Assembly: GCF_036971445.1 (NCBI RefSeq)
Contig: NC_091470.1
Location: 189,720,001-189,784,000 of the forward strand
Source: Narcine bancroftii
Taxonomy: Eukaryota
Length of the DNA: 64,000 nt
Direction of reading: 5' to 3'
The notes under the pieces were generated by a model. That model was not told where the DNA came from, made no database searches, and worked only from the letters and a program-made list of their open reading frames with translations. This document shows positions 51,101-61,613 of this stretch, piece after piece (the stretch's first letter is position 1; each line of letters opens with the position of its first letter). Made by a program: the position numbers and the translations under genes.

Positions 51101-53612
51101 TCCTTAAGTTCCTGAGGTTTAAAAGTAACTGAATTGTCTTTCGTCACAACATTAATAATCCTTGAAGCTTGTTCAGTTTTCAATTGCCATGTCAAAACTT
51201 TGTGCTCTATCCCCTAACTCATAATAATGTTGCTTAGATCTTTGAATCAAACATTCAAATTGGTCAGTTTGCAATATATTATGTTTTAGCTTCAATTTTG
51301 TCAAAAAAGCCTTATTATCTTCTGTAGAATTCCTCTGAAATTCCTTTTCCAACTCTGCTATTTGTTTTTCCAACAATTGAGACTCTACCAGAAATTTCTT
51401 CTTTTCCTTTGATGCATAACTCATGACTTGACCACGTTAAAATGCCTTTAAAGCATCCCATACAATAAAATTACTCCTTTATTCTTATCCAAATCTAAAT
51501 AAATAGCAATTTGATCCTTAATAAATTTTACAAATTCCGTTTTTTTCAATAACATTATATTAAACCTCCAGCGAAAAATTGATTGATTTAACTTCCGGCC
51601 CCACACAAGAAATAAACAGCAAAGCATGGTCAGAAATTATCCTACTCTTATATTCAGCTTGAGTGAAACGTACTTGGAAATGTGCTGATGCTAAACAAAG
51701 TCAATCCTCGAAAATGAATTATGACGTGAAGAATAAAATGAAAAATCTTTCTCAGTAGGATTTAATCTTCTCCAGACCTCTATCAAATTCAGATCTTTCA
51801 TCAAGGATTTTTTCACAACTTTTGGAAATTTATCCAATAATGGGTCGAACACACAATTGAAGTCTCCCCCAATCAAAATATTCTCCTTAGCTTGTCTTAA
51901 AGTTAAGAAAGCTTCAGACTCAAACTGTTCATCATCTACATTAGGTGCATACACATTCATTAAAGACCATGGCTCAGCAAACAATTAATCATTAAAATAC
52001 GACCAACTGATTCCGTCAAAGAAACAAGTTCCAATGGTATTTTCTTAGGAATCAAAATTGCCTCTCCTCTTGCTTTTGAGTTAAAGATGAAAATACCTCA
52101 GCGACCTCTCTACCCCCAATCAGACTCGTAAAATGATGTCTAAATCAGCTCACAGTCCCATTGATTTTAATCCCAATACTTGCTCCGGATATCAATATCA
52201 ATCAAGCTCTTTGACAGATTTCCATTCCCGTTTCAATACTGCAAGATATCTAAAAGAAACTTTATAACCCTTTCTCCAAAGCACCTCTTTTGCAGAATTA
52301 AACTCTACATCTCCTAATAATTTCTTGACTCAGATCTGGATAGAAGAAAAACCTTCAACAGGGATTGATATCTGCATGCATTCTGAACTGCTACTCTCAA
52401 AATAGTTTCTCTATCTTGATATTTTAGACAGCGAATCAAGGTTGTTGACTTGGATATGGTTTACTCCTTAAAGCCCTCCAACTCCAAACCTGCTGGAAAT
52501 AACTCCAATACCAATGCCTCAGGAATCCCATTTTAAATTTTTTAAAATTGAATCTGAACACTCGATTCCCACTATTTTAACATTATTTCGACGAATTTGG
52601 TTTTCCAGAGAGTCTATCTTCTTCAATAATTCTTTCTTCTGAATCTCCCATCCAACGAAAGAATCTTCCACTTTCTCTATTTTCTCTTTACTACATTTCC
52701 TTAAACTTGAAAGGCACCTTCCATTTTCTTAAAATTATCTTGAACTGTGTCCACCAAATTCAAACATTTATTGACATCGCCTTTAACAGCAAAAATGTCC
52801 TTTTTAAGAAACCTCATCAGAAATATTATTCATTTTTTGTTATATTTATAAATCCATGTTGCACCTGAGTAGACACTTGCGTTGACATATTGCCCATTTG
52901 ATGTGCCATTGATTCCAAAACAGTAAAAACAGCTTCAGTTAGTTTCCTCTCCTTGAGGCCTTCCTTGTTTCTCTTCACAAACAATCAACGATTCTTCTTC
53001 CAATTCTTTTAATTCAGCCTTCGATTTAACCTTGCTTCTGAGGGGTCCAGTCCCAATTTGTTCAGAATGTCGTTAACCCTCCTTATTGTGTTTGAGTGCA
53101 ATAATAACAGCCCAGACCTTATCCAGTAACTCCCGGACTCGTGACGCACCGCGCATGTCCGGCAACAGAGATCTGCGCGTGCATATCTTCCGACATGCTG
53201 CCCCAAATCTCCGCGCTGCCGGGACCTGCAGCAGCACCGTGCGTCATGGACACCAGTGATTCTGCAGCACTCCCGACATATGAAGAAAGAATTTTTGGTA
53301 GCCTGGCGCCATCCTGTGGTGGCGCTGGGGTAATACTTAGCTGAGCTGGAGCACTTTGTTCCTTGGGTGGCTGTCTAGTCGACTCCGAGGATTCCATTTG
53401 ATAAATAGGCCTCGCTTCTAAACTTTTCAAGTGAAGTTTCTTCTGAATCTGTGTTTTCCATTTCTTTGTATTAGCCGCCATTACAGTTTTTAAACATTCA
53501 GATAACTTCAAAACAAACTTTTAAAACTTTTACAAGTATTTAAATTTAGGTATTTTTTAGTCCAACTGAGGGAATATGGAATTTCTTCCTCCTTCGCCAT
53601 CAGGCCACACTC
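48117..53612 (-). mobile_element. Older L1-clade LINE (family B), 5'-complete and degenerate, nested in Gypsy copy 2
   Basis: 15-bp TSD CTGAAATGTACTTTT at 48102-48116 and 53613-53627. ORF2 remnants include NVYAPN, IGGDFN, FSRID, CQGCPL and GGLQLPN. Confidence 0.88.
48186..48771 (-). mobile_element. 5'-truncated CR1 nested in the 3' region of L1 family B
   Basis: [19 protein letters not shown] and RNFFTQRVVNLWNSLP, with the tandem tail AAACATAG repeated at 48187-48204. Confidence 0.9.
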
Positions 53613-56325
53613 CTGAAATGTACTTTTGCGAAGAAGAGCAAATTGGTCTGCAAATCTTGCCGCCTGTAGCCACGTTCCCACATCTCTCTCATCCACGTAT
53701 AATTTAATCTCCTTTGGGACACAGCTTTTTAATTTCCTCTATTAATATTAATTCTCTCAATCTGTCAAAATCATTATTTATTCCTTTTCAGGTGCATCAA
53801 CGGTCAAAACATACAGATTTCTTCACAGCAAAATCCAGACAAGATTGATTCTATGTTTTCACCAAACTCCTAAATTTTTGTCTAGATGCTTCTGGAACCA
53901 ACTCATAAGCTTTCAATACTGCTTGTTTAACAGTACCATAATCTGCCACTTGCTGTGCTGTCAAGCAATTTGTGCTTTTCATTTCAATACACTTTGCAGC
54001 ATTAAAGACCATTTTTCTTTAGGCCATTTTGAGCTCTCAGCAACCTTTTTCAAAAAGCTGAAAAGAGGTATCTATATCTCCCTCATCAAAAGGAGGCACT
54101 TGATTTACTCGCCAAAAACCTCTTAGTGAGCTTCAGCCTTTTTTACTTTCCTCCCTCTCAATTTTCAACCCTCTCTAATTTAAACTGTCTTTCCACAAAC
54201 TCTAACTCATATCTCCTGTTTTTCAGCTTTCTCTGCCTGATATGTTCTCTGTTTCTCAGCCTCTTCTCTTTGCCTTTCCAATTGGTCTGCCTCATACTGT
54301 TGTCTCTGCAACTCAAAATCACTGTCGTTCCTCTTGAACCCTCAATGTTTCCAATTCCAATTGCAACTCACCAGAACTATCCTCTGGAAAATCTTCTAAG
54401 TCTTTCTGAACAAATTTACCCTCAACTATATAATATTTCACTCTAATCCTCTGAATTTGTACTTTCCTCATTCAATGTTTAACCTTTTTTTAATAATTTT
54501 TTCTTTTTCACACTGTGAACCATATCAACCGAAATATGTACAAACGTTTCTCATTAAATATACACAGTGGCATTTTCTCCCTTTTTTCCCCCCTTCCCCC
54601 TCCCTCCAAAACCATAAATATTCAACATGTACAATACAATAAAACCATTAAACAATGTTATCCACACAATGAAAAATAAACAAGAAAATCATGTCTACTT
54701 TTCTCACTGGGTCAATCCAATGTTCAACTTCAGGTAGTTTTAATGCCTTAGAAATACCCATCAGTTCCTCTTTTCTCCTGCTCTTCAGCTCTGCAGGTGA
54801 TGGTTTTAACAAAAATGTATCAACATCCATTGCTGCTGTTTTCCCCGGCTCCAGCTTTAAGTTAGCTTGCAAAAATAAAGCTTGCAAAAATTCCAGACAC
54901 AATAACTTGCAAAAAAGACCCCAATCAAATAATAAATGATCAAACTGCAATGTTCAAATCCTATAGGACGAACTCCCATAAAATGTTCCGGAGTCCAAAG
55001 GACCCCAAAAACCAGCAGTAATAGATATGCACCACAACACCAGGGTTACTTAACAAAAGTGGATTTTAATGATTTCTGTAGCTGCTTGTAGGTGCTGTGA
55101 TAGAAGATTAGGTGCCCGCAGGTGCAGCTAGCTACAGGAGTTCAGCTAGCACGTTGAGGTGGCCACGGAATGGACAGCTTTCTGGCACCTCAATGTGCCA
55201 GCTGACAGTTAGCCGCCTAACAGCAAAAGCCGGACAAGTGCCTAGTCACGCCCACGCTGACCTGATGTTATAGCAGCGCGCCAAGGCATGCCTGACAAAC
55301 AACTCAGACATGACTCCCGCTGCTGGTCTTCCCCCAACCTCACCTGCTCGACACCCACTGTCGGTCTCCTCGCCCGCCCGACTCCTTTGGCCACTGCCGG
55401 TCCCCCCCCCCCGCAACACCTCACTACTCCCGCTGCTGGTCTTCCCCCAACCTCACCTGCCCGACACCCACTGTCGGTCTCCTCGCCCGCCTGACTCCTT
55501 TGGCCACTGCCAGTACCCCCCCCCCCCCCACCTCACTACTCCTGCTGCTGATCTCCCTCTCCCTCCACTCCCAACCTGGCAGCGGGGAGTGGGTGCAAAA
55601 AAATTGGAAGAAGTCTACTTTAGTCTGACTTCCTTGTCTCAGGAGTCAATGGCTGACAACATCACCGCGTTGTCAGCTGCCACAATCGATACTCTGAGCA
55701 GGATAGTTCTATCTCTTGCAGAAGGGCTGTGTAAGTAACCCTCCTGGCCGGCTTTTCCGGTTTCCGATGGCCACCCGACACCCGCACAGGTGTATTCTGT
55801 GTGGCTTTACAGGCGGGCTTGTGGCCACCTCAAAGTGGCTTGTGTCACCTCTCTGTTTCACTCCCTCCTTCTCTGAGTGCAAAACTGTTCTCCCTCGGCC
55901 TGCAAAGATCACATGCTCTCCCAGGCAAGCTGCTGTCCATACTTTGTTGCCTCCTGCAAAAAGCATTAGGCAAAAATTGTGTTTTTAAAATGTTTGTGTG
56001 CAACCTGCTCTAGCAATTCCTCCCAAACCACCTCCAAATAGCTCGTCCTGAGCGTGGGTGGGTGACTGGCCATTGCATCCAAGGGCCCAGTCTTGGGGTC
56101 AACGCCCCTCCCCCATCAGCGCCCAGTCCTTGGAGTCACTGCACCTCCCCCACAAGGGCCCAGGGTTACTGATCACTGTCTCTCCCTACCAAGGTCTCGT
56201 GCTGCTGGTCAACGGCCGTCTCCCACGTCCCCATTGTTTGGGTGGGGGTCTGGGCCGGGTGACGGGGTGGGTGGGCGGGGGGTCTGGGCCGGGTGACGGG
56301 GTCCGTGACTCTGCTCCCCTTGCAG

Positions 56326-56586
56326 CCTCCCACTCTCTCCGTTACTTCTACACGGCGGTGAGCCCGGTGCCCGATGTCCCCGAGTTTGTGACGGTCGGAT
56401 ACGTGGACGAGGAGCCGATCGATTACTACGACAGTGAGACCCGGAGGACGGTCCCGCGGCAGCAGTGGATGGAGAAGAGTCAGGGCCCCGATTACTGGGA
56501 GGGGGAGACACAGAACTTACGGGGCGACGAGCAGGTGTTCAAGGCCAACATCCAGATCCTGGAGGAACGGACCAACCAGACGGGGG
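56326..56586 (+). CDS. MHC class I exon 2 (alpha1 domain)
   Basis: TTGCAG acceptor and G|GTGAGT donor, 261 nt. SHSLRYFYTAVS..PEFVTVGYVD..YYDS..PRQQWM..DYWEGETQ..ERTNQTG, with Y7, Y59, R84 and the N86 glycosylation site. Confidence 0.95.
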
Positions 56587-56622
56587 GTGAGTGCGGGATC
56601 TCGGCCGGAACAACATCCACGG

Positions 56623-57020
56623 TCCCCCCCCCCCCGACACTGACGGGCCGTGTCCTCCCCCCCCCCCCCCGACACTGACGGGCCGTGTCCTCCCCCCCCC
56701 CCCGACATTGACGGGCCGTGTCCTCCCCCCCCCCCGACATTGACGGGCCGTGTCCTCCCCCCCCCCCCCGACACTGACGGGCCGTGTCCTCCCCCCCCCC
56801 CGACACTGACGGGCCGTGTCCTCCCCCCCCCCCGACATTGACGGGCCGTGTCCTCCCCCCCCCCCGACATTGACGGGCCGTGTCCTCCCCCCCCCCCCGA
56901 CATTGACGGGCCGTGTCCTCCCCCCCCCCCCCCGACACTGACGGGCCGTGTCCTTCCCCCCCCCCCCCGACACTGACGGGCCGTGTCCTCCCCCCCCCCC
57001 CCGACATTGACGGGCCGTGT
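56623..57020. repeat. ~32-35-bp minisatellite (12 copies) filling MHC I intron 2
   Basis: Unit (C)nGACA(C/T)TGACGGGCCGTGTCCT. Confidence 0.95.
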
Positions 57021-57027
57021 GTTCCAG

Positions 57028-57301
57028 GGGGTCCACACCTACCAGGTGATGTACGGCTGTGAGCTGCGGGACGACGGATCCATCTCCGGGTTTTGCCAGT
57101 TCGGGTGGGACGGGGACGACCTCATCAGCTTCGACAAGGACCAGGAGGTGTGGGTGACGCCCGTGACCTGGGGGCAACTCACCAAATACAAGTGGGACCG
57201 GGACACGGCCATGATCCAGGACTGGAAGATCTACCTGGAACAGACCTGTATCACATGGCTGAAGAAATATGTCCAGGCCGGACAGGCCCAGCACAAACCC
57301 G
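57028..57301 (+). CDS. MHC class I exon 3 (alpha2 domain); 5' junction 1 nt out of phase
   Basis: VHTYQVMYGCEL..FGWDGDDLISFD..LTKYKWD..YLEQTCITWLKKY, with TTCCAG acceptor and CCG|GTGTGT donor. Confidence 0.93.
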
Positions 57302-57311
57302 GTGTGTGGGG

Positions 57312-57535
57312 CAGGGGGGTGTCGGCGCCGGAGGGAGGGGGGTGTCGGCGCCGGAGGGAGGGGGGTGTCGGCGCCGGAGGGAGGGGGGTGTCGGCGCCGG
57401 AGGGAGGGGGGGTGTCGGCGCCGGAGGGAGGGGGGGTGTCGGCGCCGGAGGGAGGGGGGGTGGTCGGCGCCGGAGGGAGGGGGGGTGTCGGCGCCGGAGG
57501 GGGGGGGGGTCGCGGGCGGGGGTCGGCGCCGGGGG
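57312..57535. repeat. ~23-25-bp G-rich minisatellite at the start of MHC I intron 3
   Basis: Unit GTCGGCGCCGGAGGGAGGGGG(G)nT, about 8 copies. Confidence 0.92.
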
Positions 57536-57579
57536 TGGTGAGGGGGTAGGAGGACAGCACAAGGTGGAGGGGGTCTCCC

Positions 57580-60220
57580 CCTCCCCCCTCCCTGACACAT
57601 CTCCCTCCTCCCCTTCACCCCATTCTCCCTCCTCCCCATCACTGCCTCCATTCTCATCCCTCCCTGTCACTGACCCCCCCCCATCTCCCTCCTCCCCATC
57701 ACTGCCTCCATTCTCATCCCTCCCTGTCATTGACCCCCCCATCTCCCTCCTCCCCTGACTGATCACGCTCTCCCTCGACCCTTTTTCATACTCCCCTCCC
57801 TCCTCCCCTTCACTAACCCTCCCTCCCTCTCCCTCCTCCCCCTCATTGATCCCCCTCTGACCCCATTCTCCCTCCTCCATTCTTACTGACCCACCCTCCC
57901 TCCTCCATACTTACTGACCCACCCTTCCACCTCCCCCCCCACTGACTCTCCCTTTCCCTCCCCCTCACTAACTCTCCCTCTCCCTCATCCACTCACTGAT
58001 CCCTCTCCTACCCCTCACTGATTCCCCTTTCCCTTCTCCCCACTCACTGACCCCCCTCTCCCTCCTCCTCCCCCTCACTGACCCCATTCTCCTCCCTCCC
58101 CGTCACTGACCCCCACCTCCCCCTCCCTCGTCCCATTCAGATCACGCTCTCCCTACTGCCCCTTACTGACACCCCCCTCCCTCCTACCCCTCACTGATAC
58201 CCCTCTCCCTCCTACCCCTCACTGATCCTACTCCCTCCTCCCCCTCACTGAAACCCCTCTCCCTCCTCCCCCTCACTGACCCTCCTCCCCCTCACTGACC
58301 CTCCTCCCCCTCACTGACCCTCCTCCCCCTCACTGACCCTCCTCCCCCTCACTGACCCTCCTCCCCCTCACTGACCCTCCTCCCCCCTCACTGACCCTCC
58401 TCCCCCTCACTGACCCTCCTCCCACTCACTGACCCTCCTCCCCCTCACTGACCCTCCTCCCCCTCACTGACCCTCCTCCCCCTCACTGACCCTCCTCCCC
58501 CTCACTGACCCTCCTCCCCCTCACTGACCCTCCTCCCCCTCACTGACCCTCCTCCCCCTCACTGACCCTCCTCCCCCTCACTGACCCTCCTCCCCCTCAC
58601 TGACCCTCCTCCCCCTCACTGACCCTCCTCCCCCTCACTGACCCTCCTCCCCCTCACTGACCCTCCTCCCCCTCACTGACCCTCCTCCCCCTCACTGACC
58701 CTCCTCCCCCTCACTGACCCTCCTCCCCCTCACTGACCCTCCTCCCCCTCACTGACCCTCCTCCCCCTCACTGACCCTCCTCCCCCTCACTGACCCTCCT
58801 CCCCCTCACTGACCCTCCTCCCCCTCACTGACCCTCCTCTCCCCCTCACTGACCCTCCTCTCCCCCTCACTGACCCTCCTCTCCCCCTCACTGACCCTCC
58901 TCTCCCCCTCACTGACCCTCCTCTCCCCCTCACTGACCCTCCTCTCCCCCTCACTGACCCTCCTCTCCCCCCTCACTGACCCTCCTCTCCCCCTCACTGA
59001 CCCTCCTCTCCCCCTCACTGACCCTCCTCTCCCCCTCACTGACCCTCCTCTCCCCCTCACTGACCCTCCTCTCCCCCTCACTGACCCTCCTCTCCCCCTC
59101 ACTGACCCTCCTCTCCCCCTCACTGACCCTCCTCTCCCCCTCACTGACCCTCCCTCTCCCCCTCACTGACCCTCCTCTCCCCCTCACTGACCCTCCTCTC
59201 CCCCTCACTGACCCCCTCCTCTCCCCTCACTGACCCTCCTCTCCCCCTCACTGACCCTCCTCCTCCCCCTCACTGACCCTCCTCCCCCCCTCACTGACCC
59301 TCCTCCCCCCTCACTGACCCTCCTCCCCCCCCTCACTGACCCTCCTCCCCCCCCTCACTGACCCTCCTCCCCCCCCTCACTGACCCTCCTCCCCCCCTCA
59401 CTGACCCTCCTCCCCCCCTCACTGACCCTCCTCCCCCCCCTCACTGACCCTCCTCCCCCCCCTCACTGACCCTCCTCCCCCCCCTCACTGACCCTCCTCC
59501 CCCCCCTCACTGACCCTCCTCCCCCCCCTCACTGACCCTCCTCCCCCCCCTCACTGACCCTCCTCCCCCCCTCACTGACCCTCCTCCCCCCCCCTCACTG
59601 ACCCTCCTCCCCCCCCTCACTGACCCTCCTCCCCCCCCTCACTGACCCTCCTCCCCCCCCTCACTGACCCTCCTCCCCCCCCTCACTGACCCTCCTCCCC
59701 CCCCTCACTGACCCTCCTCCCCCCCCTCACTGACCCTCCTCCCCCCCCTCACTGACCCTCCTCCCCCCCTCACTGACCCTCCTCCCCCCCTCACTGACCC
59801 TCCTCCCCCCCCTCACTGACCCTCCTCCCCCCCCTCACTGACCCTCCTCCCCCCCCTCACTGACCCTCCTCCCCCCCCTCACTGACCCTCCTCCCCCCCC
59901 TCACTGACCCTCCTCCCCCCCCTCACTGACCCTCCTCCCCCCCCTCACTGACCCTCCTCCCCCCCTCACTGACCCTCCTCCCCCCCCTCACTGACCCTCC
60001 TCCCCCCCCTCACTGACCCTCCTCCCCCCCCCTCACTGACCCTCCTCCCCCCCCTCACTGACCCTCCTCCCCCCCTCACTGACCCTCCTCCCTCCCTCCT
60101 CTGATCCCCTCCCTCCTCCCCCTCAATGACCCCCCTTTCTCTTCCATCTCACTGACGATACCCTCTATCTCCTCTCCATCACTGACCCCCTCTCCCTTCT
60201 CCCCCCTCACTGACTCCCCT
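57580..60220. repeat. C-rich 19-24-bp minisatellite filling MHC I intron 3
   Basis: Core CCTCACTGACCCTCCT(C)n, homogeneous from 58265 to 60090 with degenerate flanks. Confidence 0.96.
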
Positions 60221-60223
60221 TAG

Positions 60224-60486
60224 ATCCCCCGAGGTATCCTTCACCTCCTCCGCCGATGGACGCCAGCTTGCCTGCAAAGCCACTGGCTTCTATCCCCAGG
60301 CCATCGACGTGACCCTGTTGCAGGACGATCGTGTCCTGGGAGAGACCCGGTCCCACGGGATCCTCCCCAACCACGACGGCACCTACCAGCTGACTAGGAG
60401 GGTGGAGGTAGACCCCTCTGACCCTGCCCAGTTCTCCTGTCGGATTGAGCACCGAGGTCTGGACGAGCCCCTCCTACTGTTCCTGG
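60224..60486 (+). CDS. MHC class I exon 4 (alpha3 Ig C1 domain); 5' junction 1 nt out of phase
   Basis: PEVSF..QLACKATGFYPQAIDVT..ILPNHDGTYQL..FSCRIEHRGLDEP, with CCTTAG acceptor and G|GTAAG donor. Length is 263 nt. Confidence 0.93.
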
Positions 60487-61016
60487 GTAAGAGGCAGCCT
60501 GAGGCAGTGTGGGGGTGGGGGTCAGACGAGGTGGGGGTTGCATCGGACACGGAGATGGGGACATTGGACCAGGTGGGGAGGGAGGGAGGGGACAGACCAG
60601 GAGAGCCGGGGTCATTTGGACCAGTTAAGGGGGGAGGGAGTGAGTGGTCAGAAAGGATAAGGGGTCAAACGATGAAGGAGGTGATTGAGGAAGTCAACAG
60701 AGCAGGAGACAGAATGTTGGAGCCAGATGAGTGCGGAGAAGAGTTGGATTCAGGAGTTGAGGTCCGTGTGGGGAGGGGGGGGGTCTCCATGAGTGGAGCG
60801 GTGTCTGCATGGGACGAAAGGGTCCGCATATGGGAGGGGCTCCCTGTGGGTCCGTGTCGCCCCCCAACCTGAAGGTTCCCTTTGGATCCCTGTGCCCCCC
60901 CCACCACCACCACCACCGACCGATGGTTCCCCACGGATCCTAGTCTCATCCCCACCCCTGCCTGGCGGGTCCCCACTCGATTTGTCACTCCTGACTGTTC
61001 CTCTGAACCTTGACAG

Positions 61017-61121
61017 ATCGGAAGGCTGGCCCTCCAGTGCTGATCATTGTGGTGGTTGTGGTGCTACTGATCCTCGTGGCCATCACCGTCATTGGAGGTT
61101 TCATTTGGTGGAAGAAGAAAG
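61017..61121 (+). CDS. MHC class I exon 5 (connecting peptide and transmembrane segment)
   Basis: TGACAG acceptor, DRKAGPPVLIIVVVVVLLILVAITVIGGFIWWKKK, G|GTAGG donor. Phase 1-1 and in frame with alpha3. Confidence 0.9.
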
Positions 61122-61407
61122 GTAGGTCTGGGGGCAGCAGATTGGGACCACCTTCCCATCCTCAAACCCCCATCTCCTACTCCCCCTCCCTTCCTGATCA
61201 CCCTCCCTCCTGGAGGGACACTGTCTGTCTTGAGCCTTGTCCCCCGACCCCCAACCCCATCCGCCATTCTGCGCGGAGAGCATCAGAACAGACCATTCAG
61301 CCCACATTTTATCTGCTGTCCCTCCATTCCCCTTCAGTTTGGTCATCGCACCTCCAGTCATTCAGTAGCTGCTCATGAGGAGTATCTGCCTCCCCCACCC
61401 CTTCCAG

Positions 61408-61438
61408 CAGAGTTCAGATTGCAAGCCCCCACCCTGTG
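61408..61438 (+). CDS. Possible MHC class I cytoplasmic exon (AEFRLQAPTL)
   Basis: Pyrimidine tract plus CAG acceptor. Phase-1 reading gives AEFRLQAPT, then either a GTGAG donor or an in-frame TGA. No recognisable motif. Confidence 0.3.
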
Positions 61439-61613
61439 AGAATTCTTCCAACCTACCCCACCCCGCGTTCGACCCTTCCTCTCATCTGTACACCTTGGGT
61501 CTGAGAGAGTTTGCTCCTTTCCCCAGATCTCGGAGCGTTCCGTTCCCACCACCGGTGCAGGCTTTGAGTTGGTGAACCAGTAGCTTGGCCGGTGAACCAG
61601 TCAATTGGCCAGT

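Larger units (their letters stand above)
44928..56040 (-). mobile_element. Gmr1-type Gypsy copy 2, antisense in MHC I intron 1, integrase deleted, with nested L1 and CR1
   Basis: 3' LTR ~44928-45597 with PPT at 45598-45610. RT/RNase H ORFs at 45771-46924. Gag at 53628-54950. Degenerate tRNA-Pro-type PBS TGGGAGTTCGTCC (54978-54966). 5' LTR 54984-56040, interrupted. Colinear with copy 1. Confidence 0.88.

Noticed and set aside
56058-56678. 206-aa ORF as a complete single-exon gene with its own leader
   Set aside because: Only 56326-56586 is class I-like and it is bounded by splice sites. A proper leader exon and promoter exist at 41850.
57028-57301. Compensating +1/-1 shifts producing an alternative-frame alpha2 exon
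   Set aside because: The shifted frame hits TGA at 57060-57062.
58806-59208. RGG-repeat ORF (RGRGGSV)n resembling an RNA-binding protein
   Set aside because: It is the antisense reading of the 21-bp intron 3 minisatellite.
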